DNA of 64,000 nucleotides, from the NCBI GenBank assembly GCA_027066315.1, contig JAMONZ010000094.1, positions 2,342 to 66,341 on the forward strand, given 5' to 3'. Below, piece by piece: positions 1 to 9,670 of this stretch. The notes under the pieces were generated by a model, which was given only the letters and a program-made list of their open reading frames with translations, did not search any database and was not told the DNA's origin. Both the position numbers and the translations under genes were made by a program. How positions within the stretch are numbered: the stretch's first letter is position 1; each line of letters begins with the position of its first letter. Source of the DNA: Hyphomicrobiales bacterium (GTDB taxonomy: Bacteria; Pseudomonadota; Alphaproteobacteria; Rhizobiales; Devosiaceae).

Positions 1-282
1 ATCAATCTTTGCGATGAATACAGCCTGACCATCTTTAGCTTTTTGAAGATCGCTAACAATATCAGCCCTTGAAGCATATCCAAGCAGACCTTTTGTTGAA
101 CCTGTAATTAGCGGCCAAGAAGGCATAGCAATCATATATCCAACTGCCCAAACTATACAGGCGTAAAAAATCCACAACCACCAACGTGGCATTGGAGTGT
201 CTAGTTCTTTAATACCGTCCCATTCATGACCTGTGGTCTTAGTTCCAGTAATTTCGTCAATTTCTTGTTTGTTTTTACTCAT
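1..282 (-). CDS. ccoP: cbb3-type cytochrome c oxidase subunit III (CcoP), N-terminal part; gene continues beyond the window start
   Basis: Not in the ORF track. Reverse translation from the ATG at 282 gives MSKNKQEIDEITGTKTTGHEWDGIKELDTPMPRWWLWIFYACIVWAVGYM..., the conserved CcoP N-terminal anchor. Lies directly downstream of ccoN-ccoO-ccoQ. Confidence 0.85.
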   Translation of the reverse strand, partial: MSKNKQEIDEITGTKTTGHEWDGIKELDTPMPRWWLWIFYACIVWAVGYMIAMPSWPLITGSTKGLLGYASRADIVSDLQKAKDGQAVFIAKID

Positions 283-296
283 TTGAAATTCCTTTC

Positions 297-449
297 TCAG
301 CTCTCATCTTTAAATGGGATGTTGGCTGCTTCTTTTGCTGCCGTGCTTGCGCCAGGGCGCATTACAAAAGCAATAACCCCAACAAAAACAACAAACAAGT
401 AAATCAGACCCCATGTTCCAGCGAAATTGCTTACGATTTCATAAGTCAT
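297..449 (-). CDS. ccoQ: cbb3-type cytochrome c oxidase subunit IV (CcoQ), 50 aa
   Basis: Below the ORF-track size cutoff. Hand translation gives MTYEIVSNFAGTWGLIYLFVVFVGVIAFVMRPGASTAAKEAANIPFKDES*, a single-TM peptide in the canonical position between ccoO and ccoP. Confidence 0.8.
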   Translation of the reverse strand: MTYEIVSNFAGTWGLIYLFVVFVGVIAFVMRPGASTAAKEAANIPFKDES

Positions 450-460
450 ATTCAACCCCC

Positions 461-1207
461 CTAGCGGTAGTTAGCTTCAGGTACATAAGTAGAGAAATCT
501 ACCAATGTTCCAAGCATTTGAAGATATGCGACTAATGCGTCCATCTCGGTGATTTTATCAGGATTACCGTCAAAATCTCCAATAGGAACACTAAATCTAT
601 CGTCATAAGTATAACGAGCCTCAAGGCCATCTATATCAGCATCGGTAGTTGCTTGCGCAATCACGTCAGCTTTTGCATTTATCAATTGCTCGGAAGTGTA
701 TGGAACACCAACCAATTGATTTGCTCTTAGATGCTTATCCATATCCTCAAACTTAAGAGGAGTTTTGGTTAGGAAGCCATATTTAGGCATAATCGATTCA
801 GGCACTAATGAGCGTGGATCGGTTAAATGCTGAACATGCCAATCATTTGAGTAACGTCCACCCACACGAGCTAAATCAGGCCCAGTACGCTTTGATCCCC
901 ATTGGAATGGATGGTCATACATAGATTCTGCTGCCAGTGAATATTGACCATAACGCTCAACTTCATCACGGAAAGGTCTAATCATTTGTGAGTGACACAA
1001 ATAACACCCCTCACGAATATAAATGTTACGACCTGCCAACTCGAGAGGGGTGTAGGGACGCATGCCCTCCACCTTCTCAATTGTATTTTGGAAGTAGAAT
1101 AATGGTGCAATTTCAACAAGACCACCAACAGATACTACCAAGAGTGAGCCAACCAACAATAGGGTGGGGCTTTTTTCAATTATTTTGTGTTTATTAAATA
1201 AAGACAT
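461..1207 (-). CDS. ccoO: cbb3-type cytochrome c oxidase subunit II (CcoO), monohaem
   Basis: 248-aa ORF with an N-terminal TM segment and a CYLCH haem-c motif. Sits in ccoNOQP order. Confidence 0.95.
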   Translation of the reverse strand: MSLFNKHKIIEKSPTLLLVGSLLVVSVGGLVEIAPLFYFQNTIEKVEGMRPYTPLELAGRNIYIREGCYLCHSQMIRPFRDEVERYGQYSLAAESMYDHPFQWGSKRTGPDLARVGGRYSNDWHVQHLTDPRSLVPESIMPKYGFLTKTPLKFEDMDKHLRANQLVGVPYTSEQLINAKADVIAQATTDADIDGLEARYTYDDRFSVPIGDFDGNPDKITEMDALVAYLQMLGTLVDFSTYVPEANYR

Positions 1208-1218
1208 GATATCGCCTC

Positions 1219-2832
1219 CTATTCTGCTGGTTGAGCGTTAGATGTTACAGCAACCATCGGTTTTTCATCACGAACATCGCCTTTGATTGTTTTATAGACA
1301 TTCCATGCCATCACTAAACCACCAGTAAGATATAATGACCCTCCAATAAAGCGCAGGATATAATATGGCTTAAGTGCTGCTACAGATTCTGCGAATGAAT
1401 AAACAAGGAAACCTTGTGGATCATATTCTTTCCACATTAGGCCCTGTGTAATCCCAGCAACCCACAACACGGCGGCATAAGTAACAATGCCAAGCGTTGC
1501 AAACCAGAAATGCCAGTTGACCATACGCATGGAGTAGAGTTGCTTACGACCCCAAAGTTTTGGTGTGAGGTAGTAAATAGCACCAAAGGTAATCATGCCA
1601 ACCCAGCCAAGTGCGCCAGAGTGAACGTGACCAATAGTCCAATCAGTATAGTGACTAAGAGCGTTCACAGCTTTAATAGACATAACCGGACCTTCAAATG
1701 TAGACATGCCATAAAAAGCAATCGCCATAACCATCATACGAATGATTGGGTCAGTTCGGATTTTATCCCATGCGCCAGAAAGTGTCATCAAGCCATTTAT
1801 CATTCCACCCCATGAAGGCATCCAAAGCATTATTGAGAAAGCCATACCAAGTGTCTGCGTCCAATCAGGAAGCGCAGTATAGTGAAGGTGGTGAGGGCCT
1901 GCCCAGATATATAGGAAGATTAATGACCAAAAGTGAACGATTGACAAACGATAAGAGAATACAGGTCGTTCAGCTTGTTTTGGCATGAAATAATACATCA
2001 TACCTAAGAAACCAGCAGTTAAGAAGAAGCCAACTGCATTATGACCATACCACCATTGTGTCATAGCGTCTTGAACGCCTGAGAATAGTGAATAGCTTTT
2101 TACGCCAAGGAAAGAAACAGGAACTGCCAAATTGTTGACCACGTGCAACATAGCAATGGTAACAATAAACGCTAGATAGAACCAGTTAGCCACATAGATG
2201 TGCGGCTCTTTACGTTTGAATAATGTGCCAAGGAATAGCACTAAATAAGCAACCCAGACAATTGTTAGCCAAATATCGACATACCATTCTGGCTCAGCAT
2301 ATTCACGGCTTTGAGTAATGCCTAGTAAATAGCCAGTGGCTGCCATTAGGATAAATATTTGATAGCCCCAAAATACAAACCATGCAAGACCATTGCCGCC
2401 CCAAAGACGAGCTTGGCATGTGCGCTGAACTACATAGAATGAAGTAGTCATAAGTGCTGTTCCGCCAAATGCAAAAATCACCGCTGAAGTATGCAGTGGG
2501 CGCATGCGACCAAAGTTAAACCATGGCTCAAGATTAAATTCAGGCCATGCTAATGCAGTGGCGATTAAAACACCTTGAGTGAAGCCAATGACTCCCCAAA
2601 AAACAGTTAAAATGACACCAATACGAATTGGCCCGTCCATATAACCTGATTTATCTTCTTCCTTAAATCCACCAGTTGCTACTTTACGCGCTACATATAT
2701 GGTCGCTGGACCAAGATGAACGGCAAGTATTATTGCGTGAATTCGAAAAAGATCGTCGTGAGCGAAGGCTGCTGCAAATACTGCAAGCAAAGTGCCAAGC
2801 GCAAGAACGATTGTTCCGCTATAATTTTTCAT
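1219..2832 (-). CDS. ccoN: cbb3-type cytochrome c oxidase subunit I (CcoN)
   Basis: 537-aa polytopic ORF with haem-copper oxidase His ligands ([24 protein letters not shown]). First gene of the cco operon. Confidence 0.95.
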   Translation of the reverse strand: MKNYSGTIVLALGTLLAVFAAAFAHDDLFRIHAIILAVHLGPATIYVARKVATGGFKEEDKSGYMDGPIRIGVILTVFWGVIGFTQGVLIATALAWPEFNLEPWFNFGRMRPLHTSAVIFAFGGTALMTTSFYVVQRTCQARLWGGNGLAWFVFWGYQIFILMAATGYLLGITQSREYAEPEWYVDIWLTIVWVAYLVLFLGTLFKRKEPHIYVANWFYLAFIVTIAMLHVVNNLAVPVSFLGVKSYSLFSGVQDAMTQWWYGHNAVGFFLTAGFLGMMYYFMPKQAERPVFSYRLSIVHFWSLIFLYIWAGPHHLHYTALPDWTQTLGMAFSIMLWMPSWGGMINGLMTLSGAWDKIRTDPIIRMMVMAIAFYGMSTFEGPVMSIKAVNALSHYTDWTIGHVHSGALGWVGMITFGAIYYLTPKLWGRKQLYSMRMVNWHFWFATLGIVTYAAVLWVAGITQGLMWKEYDPQGFLVYSFAESVAALKPYYILRFIGGSLYLTGGLVMAWNVYKTIKGDVRDEKPMVAVTSNAQPAE

Positions 2833-3000
2833 GTATCCCCCGTGGCGTACTATCCCAACGCCTTAGTTTAATTATTTATTGAACGAAAAATCCTCAAAAT
2901 TTGAAGAAGTTTCGCTAAGCTACTAAAATATCAAATATTGCGCAGGTCAAACAAGACTTCACACAATAGTGATAGTTAACAATATATCTATTGCACAAGA

Positions 3001-3014
3001 TTGACATAGATCAA
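3001..3014. promoter_or_regulatory. FNR/FnrL-type box TTGACATAGATCAA between ccoN and the hemerythrin-like gene
   Basis: 13 of 14 match to the TTGAT-N4-ATCAA consensus. Located in the divergent ccoN/hemerythrin-like intergenic region. ccoN is a classic FnrL target. Confidence 0.6.
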
Positions 3015-3112
3015 AGCATGAAGAGAAAAAATATGGAGATTTAGAAGAAAACTGGTCTTTTTTGGCTTTTGCGACACAAAAAATGGCAGGCTTGTGATCT
3101 GGGTTCATTAAA

Positions 3113-3586
3113 ATGGGTGATAAAATGATTGCTCCAGTAAGAAATAGAGAATCACTTGATAACAAGAAAATGTATCTAAGTCTGCGTGATGAGCAACTCT
3201 CACTTTGTATTGTTTTGGAAGAAATAGCTGATAGCTTGCCAGAGCGAGTTGATGCAGCGGTTTGCAAACATGTTGCAAAAACCCTGCCCTTAATAATTGA
3301 AGGGGCGCATCGATATGAAGAAGATGTTATTTTTCCACTTTTAGAAAAATCAAAAATAAGTTCTGTTGATTTAAAAACTACTATTAAGAGGTTAAAAATT
3401 GAGCATTTGGGTGACAAGTGTTTTGCGGAGGAATTGTCCGAGGTGTTGGCCTCTTATGGCAAGGGGATGCCAAATTTAGCGGCTGAGGCAACAGGGTATA
3501 TGTTACGTGGGTTTTTTGAGGCTTTACGTCGACATATTGCATTTGAAGCAGAGTTATTTGCAAATGTTTTTGATTTTGAATTTTAG
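3113..3586 (+). CDS. hemerythrin-like (HHE cation-binding) domain protein
   Basis: 157-aa ORF with spaced H/E motifs (GAHRYEEDVIFPLLE, LRRHIAFEAELF). Divergent from ccoN, and its 3' end overlaps the fnrL stop by 4 nt. Family call is from motifs only. Confidence 0.5.
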   Translation: MGDKMIAPVRNRESLDNKKMYLSLRDEQLSLCIVLEEIADSLPERVDAAVCKHVAKTLPLIIEGAHRYEEDVIFPLLEKSKISSVDLKTTIKRLKIEHLGDKCFAEELSEVLASYGKGMPNLAAEATGYMLRGFFEALRRHIAFEAELFANVFDFEF

Positions 3587-4320
3587 CCGCAGGCTTGTTT
3601 TAATTTATCTAAATTTGGAATTAGAACATGTCTTCTAGCAGTGATTTCAATTAATTTTTCAGTTCGTAATTTGGTAAATTGCCGAGAAACTGTTTCGACA
3701 GTAAGCCCTAAAAAGTCAGCAATGTCAGCACGAGTTAGAGGCAGATCAAATATAATATTGACTTGCTTTTTTTCTTGTTCACTAAAATAAGCTGGGTCAA
3801 AGTGAGTAGCAATTAAATAAAGGAAACAGGCAACTTTTTCTAAGGCTGATTTACGCCCTAAGGTTACCATCCACTCACGCGCTTCGTCTAATTCTTTTAA
3901 AGTCTGCTCTAATAAGCTATGCTCAAGCTCTGGGTTGGCTTTAATTAAATTTTCTATCGCTTTTTTTGGCATTTGGCATATTTGAACATCAGAGGCCGCC
4001 TCTGCTCTATAATTATTTGTTTGTGAAAAAAGTCGTCCAATGAAATCTGGTGAAAACTGCAAGCCCACTACTTGCTGGCGGCCGTCCTCAAGAATTTTTG
4101 AAAGTTTAACAACTCCGTGCATAATTGTTGCATATGAGGTAATTGGTTCGCCATCAGAAATAAGTTCAACGCCAGCCTCATGGGTGATTTGGCGGGTGTG
4201 TTTTGAAATTTCAAGTAATTCTGTGGCAGTTAGTGTGCCGCATATTCCCTTATGTCGCACTTCGCAGGAGCGGCATAATTTTGGAATATTTGAATTGTGA
4301 ATATCCAGACGCTCTTCCAC
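3583..4320 (-). CDS. fnrL: Crp/Fnr-family oxygen-responsive regulator FnrL (start re-assigned to the GTG at 4320)
   Basis: N-terminal Cys cluster CRSCEVRHKGIC, a cNMP-like domain and a C-terminal HTH (ETVSRQFTKLR). The GTG at 4320 is preceded by AAGGAAAG and gives a 246-aa protein of typical FnrL length. The 299-aa track ORF adds an implausible N-terminal extension. Confidence 0.85.
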   Translation of the reverse strand: MEERLDIHNSNIPKLCRSCEVRHKGICGTLTATELLEISKHTRQITHEAGVELISDGEPITSYATIMHGVVKLSKILEDGRQQVVGLQFSPDFIGRLFSQTNNYRAEAASDVQICQMPKKAIENLIKANPELEHSLLEQTLKELDEAREWMVTLGRKSALEKVACFLYLIATHFDPAYFSEQEKKQVNIIFDLPLTRADIADFLGLTVETVSRQFTKLRTEKLIEITARRHVLIPNLDKLKQACG

Positions 4321-4362
4321 AGGCTTTCCTTGAGTTATCAGATAATATAGGCAAAAAATAAT

Positions 4363-4376
4363 TTGAGCTTTATCAT
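4363..4376. promoter_or_regulatory. imperfect FNR-like box TTGAGCTTTATCAT
   Basis: 12 of 14 match to TTGAT-N4-ATCAA, lying 60 bp from the perfect box in the fnrL/usp intergenic region. Confidence 0.3.
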
Positions 4377-4422
4377 ATCCCATTATTAGTAGATTAGCGA
4401 GAGTATTTTGATTATCTCCTAA

Positions 4423-4436
4423 TTGATACATATCAA
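4423..4436. promoter_or_regulatory. perfect FNR/FnrL box TTGATACATATCAA
   Basis: Exact TTGAT-N4-ATCAA palindrome between the divergent fnrL (start 4320) and usp (start 4517) genes. Confidence 0.7.
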
Positions 4437-4516
4437 GGTAAATGAAGTAATTAATATGCTTAAATACGCTCAAGCATTTCATTTTTTATATGAAAAACTT
4501 TCATAAAAGGAGCAAA

Positions 4517-5353
4517 ATGATGATTAAAGATTTGTTGGTTCATCTGGAGGGTAATTCAGAAGATAAAGTTCGTCTAGCATATGCTGAATTGATTGCTGGT
4601 GAACATCGGGCTTTTTTAACAGGGATTTATTGTAATATTGTACCTGATAATGTTTATGTTTCTGGTGGTGTTATGTCCTCAACTGGTGCTATTGCACTTA
4701 TGAATGAGGCAGCTAGTGAAGAGGGTGATAAAGTTGAGAAATTGCTCAAAAAGCAACTTGATAAATTAGATATAAATAGTGAGCTTAGAAGGCTAGACCT
4801 TACCTTAGCTCAAGCGGGGCAGGCACTTGCAGCTGAGGTTAGAACTTGTGATTTAATGATTGCAACTCGTCCCTATAATCATCATTCTGCATCACCTGAG
4901 TTGCTAGAGGCTGTGTTGTTTAACTCAGGGCGTGGTTGTTTATTTGTACCGCCTGCAATTGAGCCAGCTGGAGCGGTTGATAATATCTTATTAGCATGGC
5001 GTAATAGGCGAGAAACGGCTCGTGCAGTATCGCAAGCTATGCCTTTAATGCGGGCTGCTGGCAAGGTAACTATTGCTATGATTGCTGAAGATGATGGCTC
5101 AAAAGAAATGACAGAAATGCCAGGGGCTGATATTGCCAGACATCTTGACCGGCATGGAGTTAATGTAGAAATTAGGCATATTAAAAAATGGTCAAAAATT
5201 GGTGATGCATTGTTAAATGAGGTAGAAAAAACTAATTCAAAAATGTTGGTTATGGGTGGTTATGGACATTCTCGTTTTCGTGAATGGGTGTTGGGCGGTG
5301 CAACACGTGATATTTTGAGTAATTCGCAAGTTCCCGTTTTGATTTCTCATTAA
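4517..5353 (+). CDS. universal stress protein, tandem UspA domains
   Basis: Two USP-like halves; the C-terminal half ends in MLVMGGYGHSRFREWVLGGATRDIL. The ATG at 4517 follows AAGGAG, whereas the track start at 4490 lies upstream of that RBS. Confidence 0.8.
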   Translation: MMIKDLLVHLEGNSEDKVRLAYAELIAGEHRAFLTGIYCNIVPDNVYVSGGVMSSTGAIALMNEAASEEGDKVEKLLKKQLDKLDINSELRRLDLTLAQAGQALAAEVRTCDLMIATRPYNHHSASPELLEAVLFNSGRGCLFVPPAIEPAGAVDNILLAWRNRRETARAVSQAMPLMRAAGKVTIAMIAEDDGSKEMTEMPGADIARHLDRHGVNVEIRHIKKWSKIGDALLNEVEKTNSKMLVMGGYGHSRFREWVLGGATRDILSNSQVPVLISH

Positions 5354-5403
5354 GTTCAATCAAAATTTGCCATTATCATAGATTAGTTTTAGGAATTATT
5401 ATT

Positions 5404-5787
5404 ATGCATGATTTACCAAAGTCTTTTGTTCATATTAGGTTGGAATTAGCCCGTGAGATAGGTCATCCGATTGGTGATACGGAGCATGGGTATGATATTT
5501 TAGCACCTTTATTGCCTGATGGTTTTATAGATGGTGATTTAGCGACAAAAAATAAGGATAAGTGCCGAGTTCGACGTTTTCGTCCAGATGAAGAAGATGC
5601 GATTGGCAAATTGTTGCGTGGGCCTGGTGGGCGTTGGATTATCGATTATGATGATGCTAAAAGTGATGATGATGAAGCGGGTTTTCGCTTTGGCCAAGAA
5701 AAATTTGTGCTTGGAGAATATGTATCAATAAAAGAAGATGATGGTGAGATGCACACATTTGTAGTAATAAGTGTTGATCAGTTGTAA
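5404..5787 (+). CDS. hypothetical acidic cytoplasmic protein (127 aa)
   Basis: Clean ORF with no overlapping alternative. No recognisable motif. Confidence 0.5.
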   Translation: MHDLPKSFVHIRLELAREIGHPIGDTEHGYDILAPLLPDGFIDGDLATKNKDKCRVRRFRPDEEDAIGKLLRGPGGRWIIDYDDAKSDDDEAGFRFGQEKFVLGEYVSIKEDDGEMHTFVVISVDQL

Positions 5788-5812
5788 TTATTACACTTTT
5801 GTGGGTTTTATT

Positions 5813-6913
5813 ATGAGGCGTTTTGCTTTTACTTTTATTTCGCTAGGCATGATGCTCTTGATTAGTGGTTGTGCTGATTTGATGGGTAATGGCTCGAAAT
5901 TTGAGGATCAATCCATTACGCCTGAAATATATAATATTCTTGTAGCTTCAAGCAGAAAAAGAGAAGATGATGGCAGTTTTGGTACTTCTCGCTCGTTAAC
6001 ATTAAGCTATGGGGCTTATCAAATATCAGTGCCAAAAATGGTTAGGGCTGGATATTTTACTTATCCTCAAATTAGCACCAATCCAAAGAGAGCTTATAAT
6101 ATCCTTTCTAGCAAAAATATTGCTAATGCAGAAAAATTTAATAAAGCGGTTGTGAGTGAAACATTTACTGCTCGAAAAACTGATGAAGTAACTATTTTTG
6201 TGCATGGATTTAACTCAAATTTTGAAAAAACAGTTTTTAGAGTTGCAAAAATAGATGCAGATTTTGAAACAAAAGCTACTACATTGCTTTATGCTTGGCC
6301 ATCAGCAATTGAACTTGGTCTTTATTTGCATGATATGGACAGTGCCGCTTTTGCCCGTGATGGTTTAGAGGAATTATTGTCTGGTTTGGCAAATAGTAAA
6401 GTTAAAAAAATTACTTTAGTTGGGCATTCAATGGGTGCTTCTATTATAGTTGAAACATTGCGTCAGATTAGTTTTAAGGGCGACAAAAGAATTTTAAATA
6501 AAATTGAAGGTGTTGCTTTGCTCTCGGCTGATATGGCGGTTGATTTATTTGTTGAGTATATAAATGATATTAAAGATTTACCCCAGCCATTTGTTATTTA
6601 CTCATCTAACAAAGACAATGTCTTGCGTGACTTTGCTAATTTTTTTCATGATGGTAAAGAGCGTTTAGGTAATATTACAGATTTTTCACCCCTTGCTGGC
6701 CTTGAAGTAATTGTCATTGATAGCTCTAACATCCATGACACAATGGATAGCTATCATATGGCTGCTGCTTCTTCGCCAAGAATGATAGGATTGATAAATT
6801 CAACTCCAAAAGTAGGTTTTGCTAGTTTTGGTCAATATGCAAAACTAGGTAAGGTTGAGGGTAAAAAAATAATCGATGATGGATCTTTGGTTGTTTTTTC
6901 GCTTGGTGATTAG
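5813..6913 (+). CDS. alpha/beta-hydrolase lipoprotein (DUF900-like esterase)
   Basis: The start at MRRFAFTFISLGMMLLISGC gives a lipobox. Contains the nucleophile-elbow motif GHSMG. Confidence 0.7.
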   Translation: MRRFAFTFISLGMMLLISGCADLMGNGSKFEDQSITPEIYNILVASSRKREDDGSFGTSRSLTLSYGAYQISVPKMVRAGYFTYPQISTNPKRAYNILSSKNIANAEKFNKAVVSETFTARKTDEVTIFVHGFNSNFEKTVFRVAKIDADFETKATTLLYAWPSAIELGLYLHDMDSAAFARDGLEELLSGLANSKVKKITLVGHSMGASIIVETLRQISFKGDKRILNKIEGVALLSADMAVDLFVEYINDIKDLPQPFVIYSSNKDNVLRDFANFFHDGKERLGNITDFSPLAGLEVIVIDSSNIHDTMDSYHMAAASSPRMIGLINSTPKVGFASFGQYAKLGKVEGKKIIDDGSLVVFSLGD

Positions 6914-6923
6914 TTACTAGTTT

Positions 6924-8291
6924 TTACTCTTTTGTCAGTGTTAAAACCTCATCATTAGCAGACGTTTGAGATGTTTGTTTTGGTAAAGCTCTGTTATCCA
7001 ACAAAGTGATATTGCTGGGCGGTACTTTCCACTCAAAAACATCAAACTCACCATCAATTGGTGAAATTGCTTGCCAGTTATCCGAGGTTATACCATTTGC
7101 AACCCAAGTAGGATCGCTTGGAGCATTAAGGGCATCGGAAAGCCATTGGCGAGCCTTGCCTTGATTGTCAGATTGCCCCTCTTCTATTTGCGCCATTAAA
7201 ATACAGATAGATTTTGAGGGGGAGTTTGAGATAAAATTTGCTAAAACTTTACGTGCAACAGACCATTCAAAAGCATCAATAGCAGTTTGCGCTAGAACAA
7301 TTGCACTATTTTGATCTTTGGGCATTTCCCCCATTAAATCAGTTGCTCGTTTTAGCTTTTCAACTGCAGAAATCCCTGATTGAGCATTTATATATAGAGT
7401 TGCAATATCGGGGTGTTTGTTAGCATTCCATACTCTTTTTAAAATAGAAGAGCTTTTTTTCACTAAACTACGGTTTGATAAAATGCGAGCGGTAATTAGT
7501 ACGGCGGGTGTAAAATTTGCAAGTAATTTTAGGGCAGCTTGGGCATGAAAAAGAGCATTGTCAGGGTTTTTTATTTCGTCTTGGGTTGCAATGCCAGTAT
7601 GAAGAGCAGCTTTTTTACGATTTATTTCCTGCTTGCTTAGGCCATTGATTGCGTTTTTTGTTGAAAGCATGTTTAGGGCTTCTTCAAAATGCGAATTTTT
7701 GGTTAAATCATCAAAAACAGCAGAACTAGCCCAACTACTTGCTGGGGCAAGTTGAAAAGCCTTGTTAGCAAAAGTTATTGCTATATCATTTCTATCTTGC
7801 GCTTTTGCTTGTTTATAGAGGCCAGCAAGGGCGGCAAGGGAAGTTTTTTCATCTGAAATTAATGCCTTATAATGTTCACGAGCATTCCCTAAATCACCAA
7901 GGGCTAAATCAGCACTTGCTTCAAGTAATAAGGCCGCTGAATTTTGGGGAAGGCGAGCTTTTGCTTCCTTTGCAAGTTTTTGTGCTTTTGTTGCGTCCCC
8001 TGCTTGAAGGGCAATAAAACCTTCGCTTAGGGCTTGCACGCCGATATTTTTTTTATGTTGTTTGTTTAGTTTGGCAATCTTTCTTGGGGCTTCAATTATA
8101 CGTCTGATTATTGCCCAAATGATTATTGAAATAATTATTAAAACTATCAAAGCCAAGGCCGTAGCTCCAAGGCTTGGCTGCATGCGATAGCCGTTGAAAT
8201 CAATTGTGATTGTGCCTTGCAAAGAGATGAGCCAAGCTGCCCCCGCGCTGATAGCTAAAGAAAGCGCAATATAAAATATAAGCCGTGTCAT
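6924..8291 (-). CDS. HemY-like membrane protein (HemY_N domain plus TPR-like repeats)
   Basis: Two N-terminal TM segments followed by an Ala-rich helical repeat region. Overlaps the upstream Mic60-like gene by 4 nt, the arrangement typical of alphaproteobacteria. Confidence 0.75.
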   Translation of the reverse strand: MTRLIFYIALSLAISAGAAWLISLQGTITIDFNGYRMQPSLGATALALIVLIIISIIIWAIIRRIIEAPRKIAKLNKQHKKNIGVQALSEGFIALQAGDATKAQKLAKEAKARLPQNSAALLLEASADLALGDLGNAREHYKALISDEKTSLAALAGLYKQAKAQDRNDIAITFANKAFQLAPASSWASSAVFDDLTKNSHFEEALNMLSTKNAINGLSKQEINRKKAALHTGIATQDEIKNPDNALFHAQAALKLLANFTPAVLITARILSNRSLVKKSSSILKRVWNANKHPDIATLYINAQSGISAVEKLKRATDLMGEMPKDQNSAIVLAQTAIDAFEWSVARKVLANFISNSPSKSICILMAQIEEGQSDNQGKARQWLSDALNAPSDPTWVANGITSDNWQAISPIDGEFDVFEWKVPPSNITLLDNRALPKQTSQTSANDEVLTLTKE

Positions 8292-9670
8292 TGATTAGAG
8301 CCTTTTTCATCACTAGTTTTAAGTGCTTCATTTTGTATGTCTTGTTGAATGCCTTGAACAAATTTCTGCACCAAGGCAAAATCTGCAATTTTTTTACCCA
8401 CAGCTCCAGTAGCTTTTTGCATTGGCTCTGGCAGTGAGTTTATTAAGTCATTACTTTTGCGAAAATCACGAGCCTGAAGGGCAGTTTCTATGCGAGCTAT
8501 CAATTGAGCTGGGCCCTCACCCTCAACTTCCCCAGTTGGCCTAATTGCAAGGAGGGAAGATCCCTTATTAAGTAATTTTTGTTGCCAGTTACTATCTTCA
8601 TTGAGCGGTTTTACGCTTAAAATTGCAGGAATAACTGCGTTGAATTCAGAAATAATATTTTTTGGGTCATCAAGACGTTTAAGAGCAATTTTGTTAATTT
8701 CATCAGGAATAAGAAGGTCTGGTAAAATCATCTTTAATTCAGATAATGATGGAGTGAAATCTTGGCCATTATATATTGCACTTTCAAATGTAGAGAGTGC
8801 TAATGGGATTTTTGATGAAAGAGTTTTCTTATCTTTAGCTGCTTGATTAGTTGCTAGTTGAGCTTGTTTTATTTCGTTTTGCTGAGCAATCTGTGAAATG
8901 ATAGTATCAAGGTTATTCTCAAGTGTAATAATTTGCGTATTATGAAGATCAATATTGCTTAAGGCAGTTGTTAAAGAATTTAATAGCTTATCATTATTTT
9001 CTCTTATCTTGGCAATTGAGAGGGCAAATTCTTGCGATTGCTCATTTGTTGCCCCTGCTGCAAGTGCATTTATACGCTCATCAATATTTATTATATTCTC
9101 TTTAATATTTTGCAAATCAGTTGAGTCAGACTGGTTGGTTTGTGCTTTTATTTGTTCATCAAGAGCAGTAATGCGCTGGTTTATTTGTAAAAGTATTTTA
9201 GCTTGGTTTTGGTTATCATCACTTGCAGTATTTGTTATTGTAGCTAAATTTTTATCAAAATTATTTTGCTGATCTGAAAGAATTAAAATGCTCTTTTCGT
9301 TTGTTAAAGCTGAATTTTCATATTTATTGATCTGCTCTTGAAGCTCTTGGATAATCGCTGCATTTTGATTTGGAAGCTCACTTATTGGTGCGCTGGGAGC
9401 AGTATTTTGTGGCCACAGGCCAAAAATTGCCAGCAAAAGACTGGTTGCAACACCTAGGATTGCTCCGCCTGCAATGCCGATAATGAGGGATAAAAACCCA
9501 AAGCTGGTTTTTTTATCAATGGAGGCTGGATCTACTTTGCTTTTGACATTAGAGCTTTTTTTGGCTTTATCAGCGGTTTGTTGGCTTTTTTGTGTTTGTT
9601 TATTGCTGGTTTTATTGGCCTCTAAATCAATGACTGGAGGTTTTAGTGGGCCAGATTTTTTAGCAACCAT
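8288..9670 (-). CDS. alphaproteobacterial Mic60/mitofilin homologue (membrane-anchored coiled-coil protein)
   Basis: Basic N-terminus, one TM segment (FGFLSLIIGIAGGAILGVATSLLLAIFGLW), a long Q/N/E-rich coiled coil, and a C-terminal mitofilin-like signature LLAIRPTGEVEGEGPAQLIARIETALQARDFRKSNDLINSLPEP. Located upstream of hemY-like. Confidence 0.75.
   Translation of the reverse strand: MVAKKSGPLKPPVIDLEANKTSNKQTQKSQQTADKAKKSSNVKSKVDPASIDKKTSFGFLSLIIGIAGGAILGVATSLLLAIFGLWPQNTAPSAPISELPNQNAAIIQELQEQINKYENSALTNEKSILILSDQQNNFDKNLATITNTASDDNQNQAKILLQINQRITALDEQIKAQTNQSDSTDLQNIKENIINIDERINALAAGATNEQSQEFALSIAKIRENNDKLLNSLTTALSNIDLHNTQIITLENNLDTIISQIAQQNEIKQAQLATNQAAKDKKTLSSKIPLALSTFESAIYNGQDFTPSLSELKMILPDLLIPDEINKIALKRLDDPKNIISEFNAVIPAILSVKPLNEDSNWQQKLLNKGSSLLAIRPTGEVEGEGPAQLIARIETALQARDFRKSNDLINSLPEPMQKATGAVGKKIADFALVQKFVQGIQQDIQNEALKTSDEKGSNQ

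Noticed and set aside
1510-1815. Antisense or alternative-frame ORFs inside well-supported genes. Examples: 988-1197, 1510-1815, 1746-1988, 10570-11019, 17251-17766, 24010-24435, 29155-29550, 31314-31715, 44884-45405 and 52404-52784.
   Set aside because: Each lies entirely within a gene that carries strong family motifs on the other strand or frame. Their translations are low-complexity (Ser/Pro/Ile/Phe-rich) and they have no plausible RBS. They are shadow ORFs of the real coding frame.
2938-2950. TTGCGCAGGTCAA, a possible second FNR box upstream of ccoN.
   Set aside because: There are only 7 nt between TTG and CAA instead of 8, so the half-site spacing is wrong.
2959-3417. 152-aa minus-strand ORF overlapping the hemerythrin-like gene and the ccoN upstream region.
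   Set aside because: Its sequence is Ser/Cys/Ile-rich without motifs, and it would run through the FNR box and promoter region. The plus-strand ORF has HHE-type motifs and is preferred.
4321-4482. 54-codon N-terminal extension of fnrL in the ORF track (MKCLSVFKHINYFIYLDMYQ...).
   Set aside because: It would cover the intergenic promoter region and make the protein about 50 aa longer than typical FnrL. The GTG at 4320 has a good RBS and the correct spacing to the Cys cluster.
8200-8388. 62-aa ORF spanning the Mic60/hemY junction, and other 60-110-aa ORFs such as 12331-12618, 28515-28835, 34493-34705 and 56348-56542.
   Set aside because: They overlap stronger genes or run antisense through intergenic promoters. 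They have no motifs and an implausible composition.
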